Below the pieces are notes generated by a model. That model made no database searches, was not told the DNA's origin, and worked only from the letters and a program-made list of their open reading frames with translations. A program made the position numbers and the translations under genes. 64,000 bases of DNA. Origin: Antedon mediterranea (taxonomy: Eukaryota > Animalia > Echinodermata). This document shows, piece by piece, positions 62,480 to 64,000 of the stretch (positions within the stretch are counted from its first letter, which is position 1; the number at the start of each line of letters is the position of its first letter). The DNA lies in the NCBI RefSeq assembly GCF_964355755.1, contig NC_092676.1:14092871-14156870 (forward strand), read 5' to 3'.

Positions 62480-64000
62480 ATGTAAAAGATATAAAAAAAA
62501 TAACATTAACAAAAGTAATACAGGATTTAAAAAGCAAAGAACTAATCATTTCCATTGTTGATTTCCATTCTCTTTTTCCATGCCCGTTTGGTGAAACCAT
62601 TACAAAATCAAATGCAACTGCAATATTTGTAGAAAGATCAAGTACAGGTGAACCAAGAACATACATTTATTTTTGGTCTATTGTTCCATTATTAAATTGG
62701 TTCCAAACATCCAAAAGTTAAAATTTAAAACATTCTGATTACAATTAAGTTGAAGCAGAGCATTAAGCAAAACCTTTGGCCAACGATGTGATTCCATGTG
62801 TACAATTCGATTAAAATATTTTATACGCAAGTTATCGTGTGCGACATTTATTGGGAACGAACCCAGTTCACCATATAAGGTTGCACGCGGCGTGTTTCTA
62901 GACGCCTTAAGAATATATTTAGCCATTTGTAATTTTTATAATATTTCAATATCAACTTTATATAACGAACACTATTTAACAACAGCTGATCCGTAATTAA
63001 TTACAGGTAGACCGATTGTCCTCCATAATACATCTCCAAAAAACATCCTGTTAAAATTATTACAATTGTTAATTAACGATTTGATATAAGCTATAATAAG
63101 CCTATTGCATTTAGTAATTACATTTTGGAACTTTAGGCCTACATTGTCATTTAGTTTCCTAGAAATATGGACACCGATGTATTTGTAAATATCTGCTTTA
63201 ACAATAAATCTATCCCTGGCTTCCATTGTTTATGACTGTCAATTCTTTTCTAAAAAAACAGAATATTGGATTTAACAAAGTTAAAATTTAACTTCCGTTT
63301 TTTTGCAAATAATCATGTTCGTTGTTGGCAACTAATACAACATCATCTGCCCAGAATAATCCACTTATCAAAGTGTTATTTATTTTGATACCAACATTGT
63401 TTGATACTAGCATTTTCTTAAATTCATTTATGAACATGTTAAATAGGATTAGAGAAAGTACACACCCTTGTACAGAACCTTTAACATCTTCATAAAGTTT
63501 ATCGATCAATCGCCAAATTTTACCCCTAATACCTGATGGCCAAACGGCTATAAGTAAACCGTTTCGCCAGACACTGTCGAATGCTTTACGGAAGTCCAGG
63601 AAGGCCATTTGTGTTTATTTTCTTTAAATCTGCAAGCAGCAAGAGTAACAATATGGTCTTCACATCTATATGTTGCGCGAAAGCCTCTCTGGACCTTAAC
63701 GATATTCCTCTATAGTTGAACAAAATTCTACGGCTAACTTTCTTATGAATAGGAATAATAATGGAACTATTCCAGTCCTTCGGAAATTCTTCCAATTCAG
63801 TAATTTTGTTAAAAAGGCTAAGTAATGATTTAATGATATAAATTATATTCCTTCATTTTTAAGTAATTCATTTGTAATATTGTCCAAACCAGGGGCTTTT
63901 TTATTCTTTGCAAGAGATACATCTTTAACAATATCAAAATCAATAGCAATTCTCCATTATTATCAGAATGGACATCGTAAGAAAGGTTATCTCTAATTTT
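62480..64000 (-). mobile_element. Decayed LINE reverse transcriptase
   Basis: NYRGISL, AFLDFRKAFDSV, QGCVLSLILFNMFI, FWADD, YKYIGV, LYGELG; multiple frameshifts. Confidence 0.88.

Noticed and set aside
49-64000. Most remaining 60-110 aa ORFs in the supplied track
   Set aside because: Compositionally biased chance ORFs in AT-rich introns or repeats, or wrong-frame overlaps of real exons.

Overview
This is AT-rich eukaryotic (invertebrate) genomic DNA, not a prokaryotic locus; the repeat repertoire suggests a deuterostome such as an echinoderm (inference). One very large multi-exon gene runs across the window on the minus strand, with both ends outside it. I spliced 35 exons by hand (58056 down to 2339) into one uninterrupted frame of about 1,920 codons. 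The domain order is Kringle(C-half)-PAN/Apple-3xF5/8C-C-lectin-cbEGF-C-lectin-3xCUB-C-lectin(QPD)-7xLDLa-LRRNT-LRRs. The LDLa/LRR part is typical of GRL101-like (LGR type C2) GPCRs, but the 7TM domain would lie left of position 1 and is not visible. The introns are packed with nested mobile elements: a near-intact CR1/L2-clade LINE, decayed LINEs, a Gypsy remnant, a Penelope-like element family with hammerhead ribozymes, several DNA-transposon MITE families, a Helentron-like element, SINEs, a 5S pseudogene, and a ~370-bp tandem unit carrying an internal tRNA-like cloverleaf. Exon boundaries were read by eye; repeat boundaries without TIR/TSD support are approximate.
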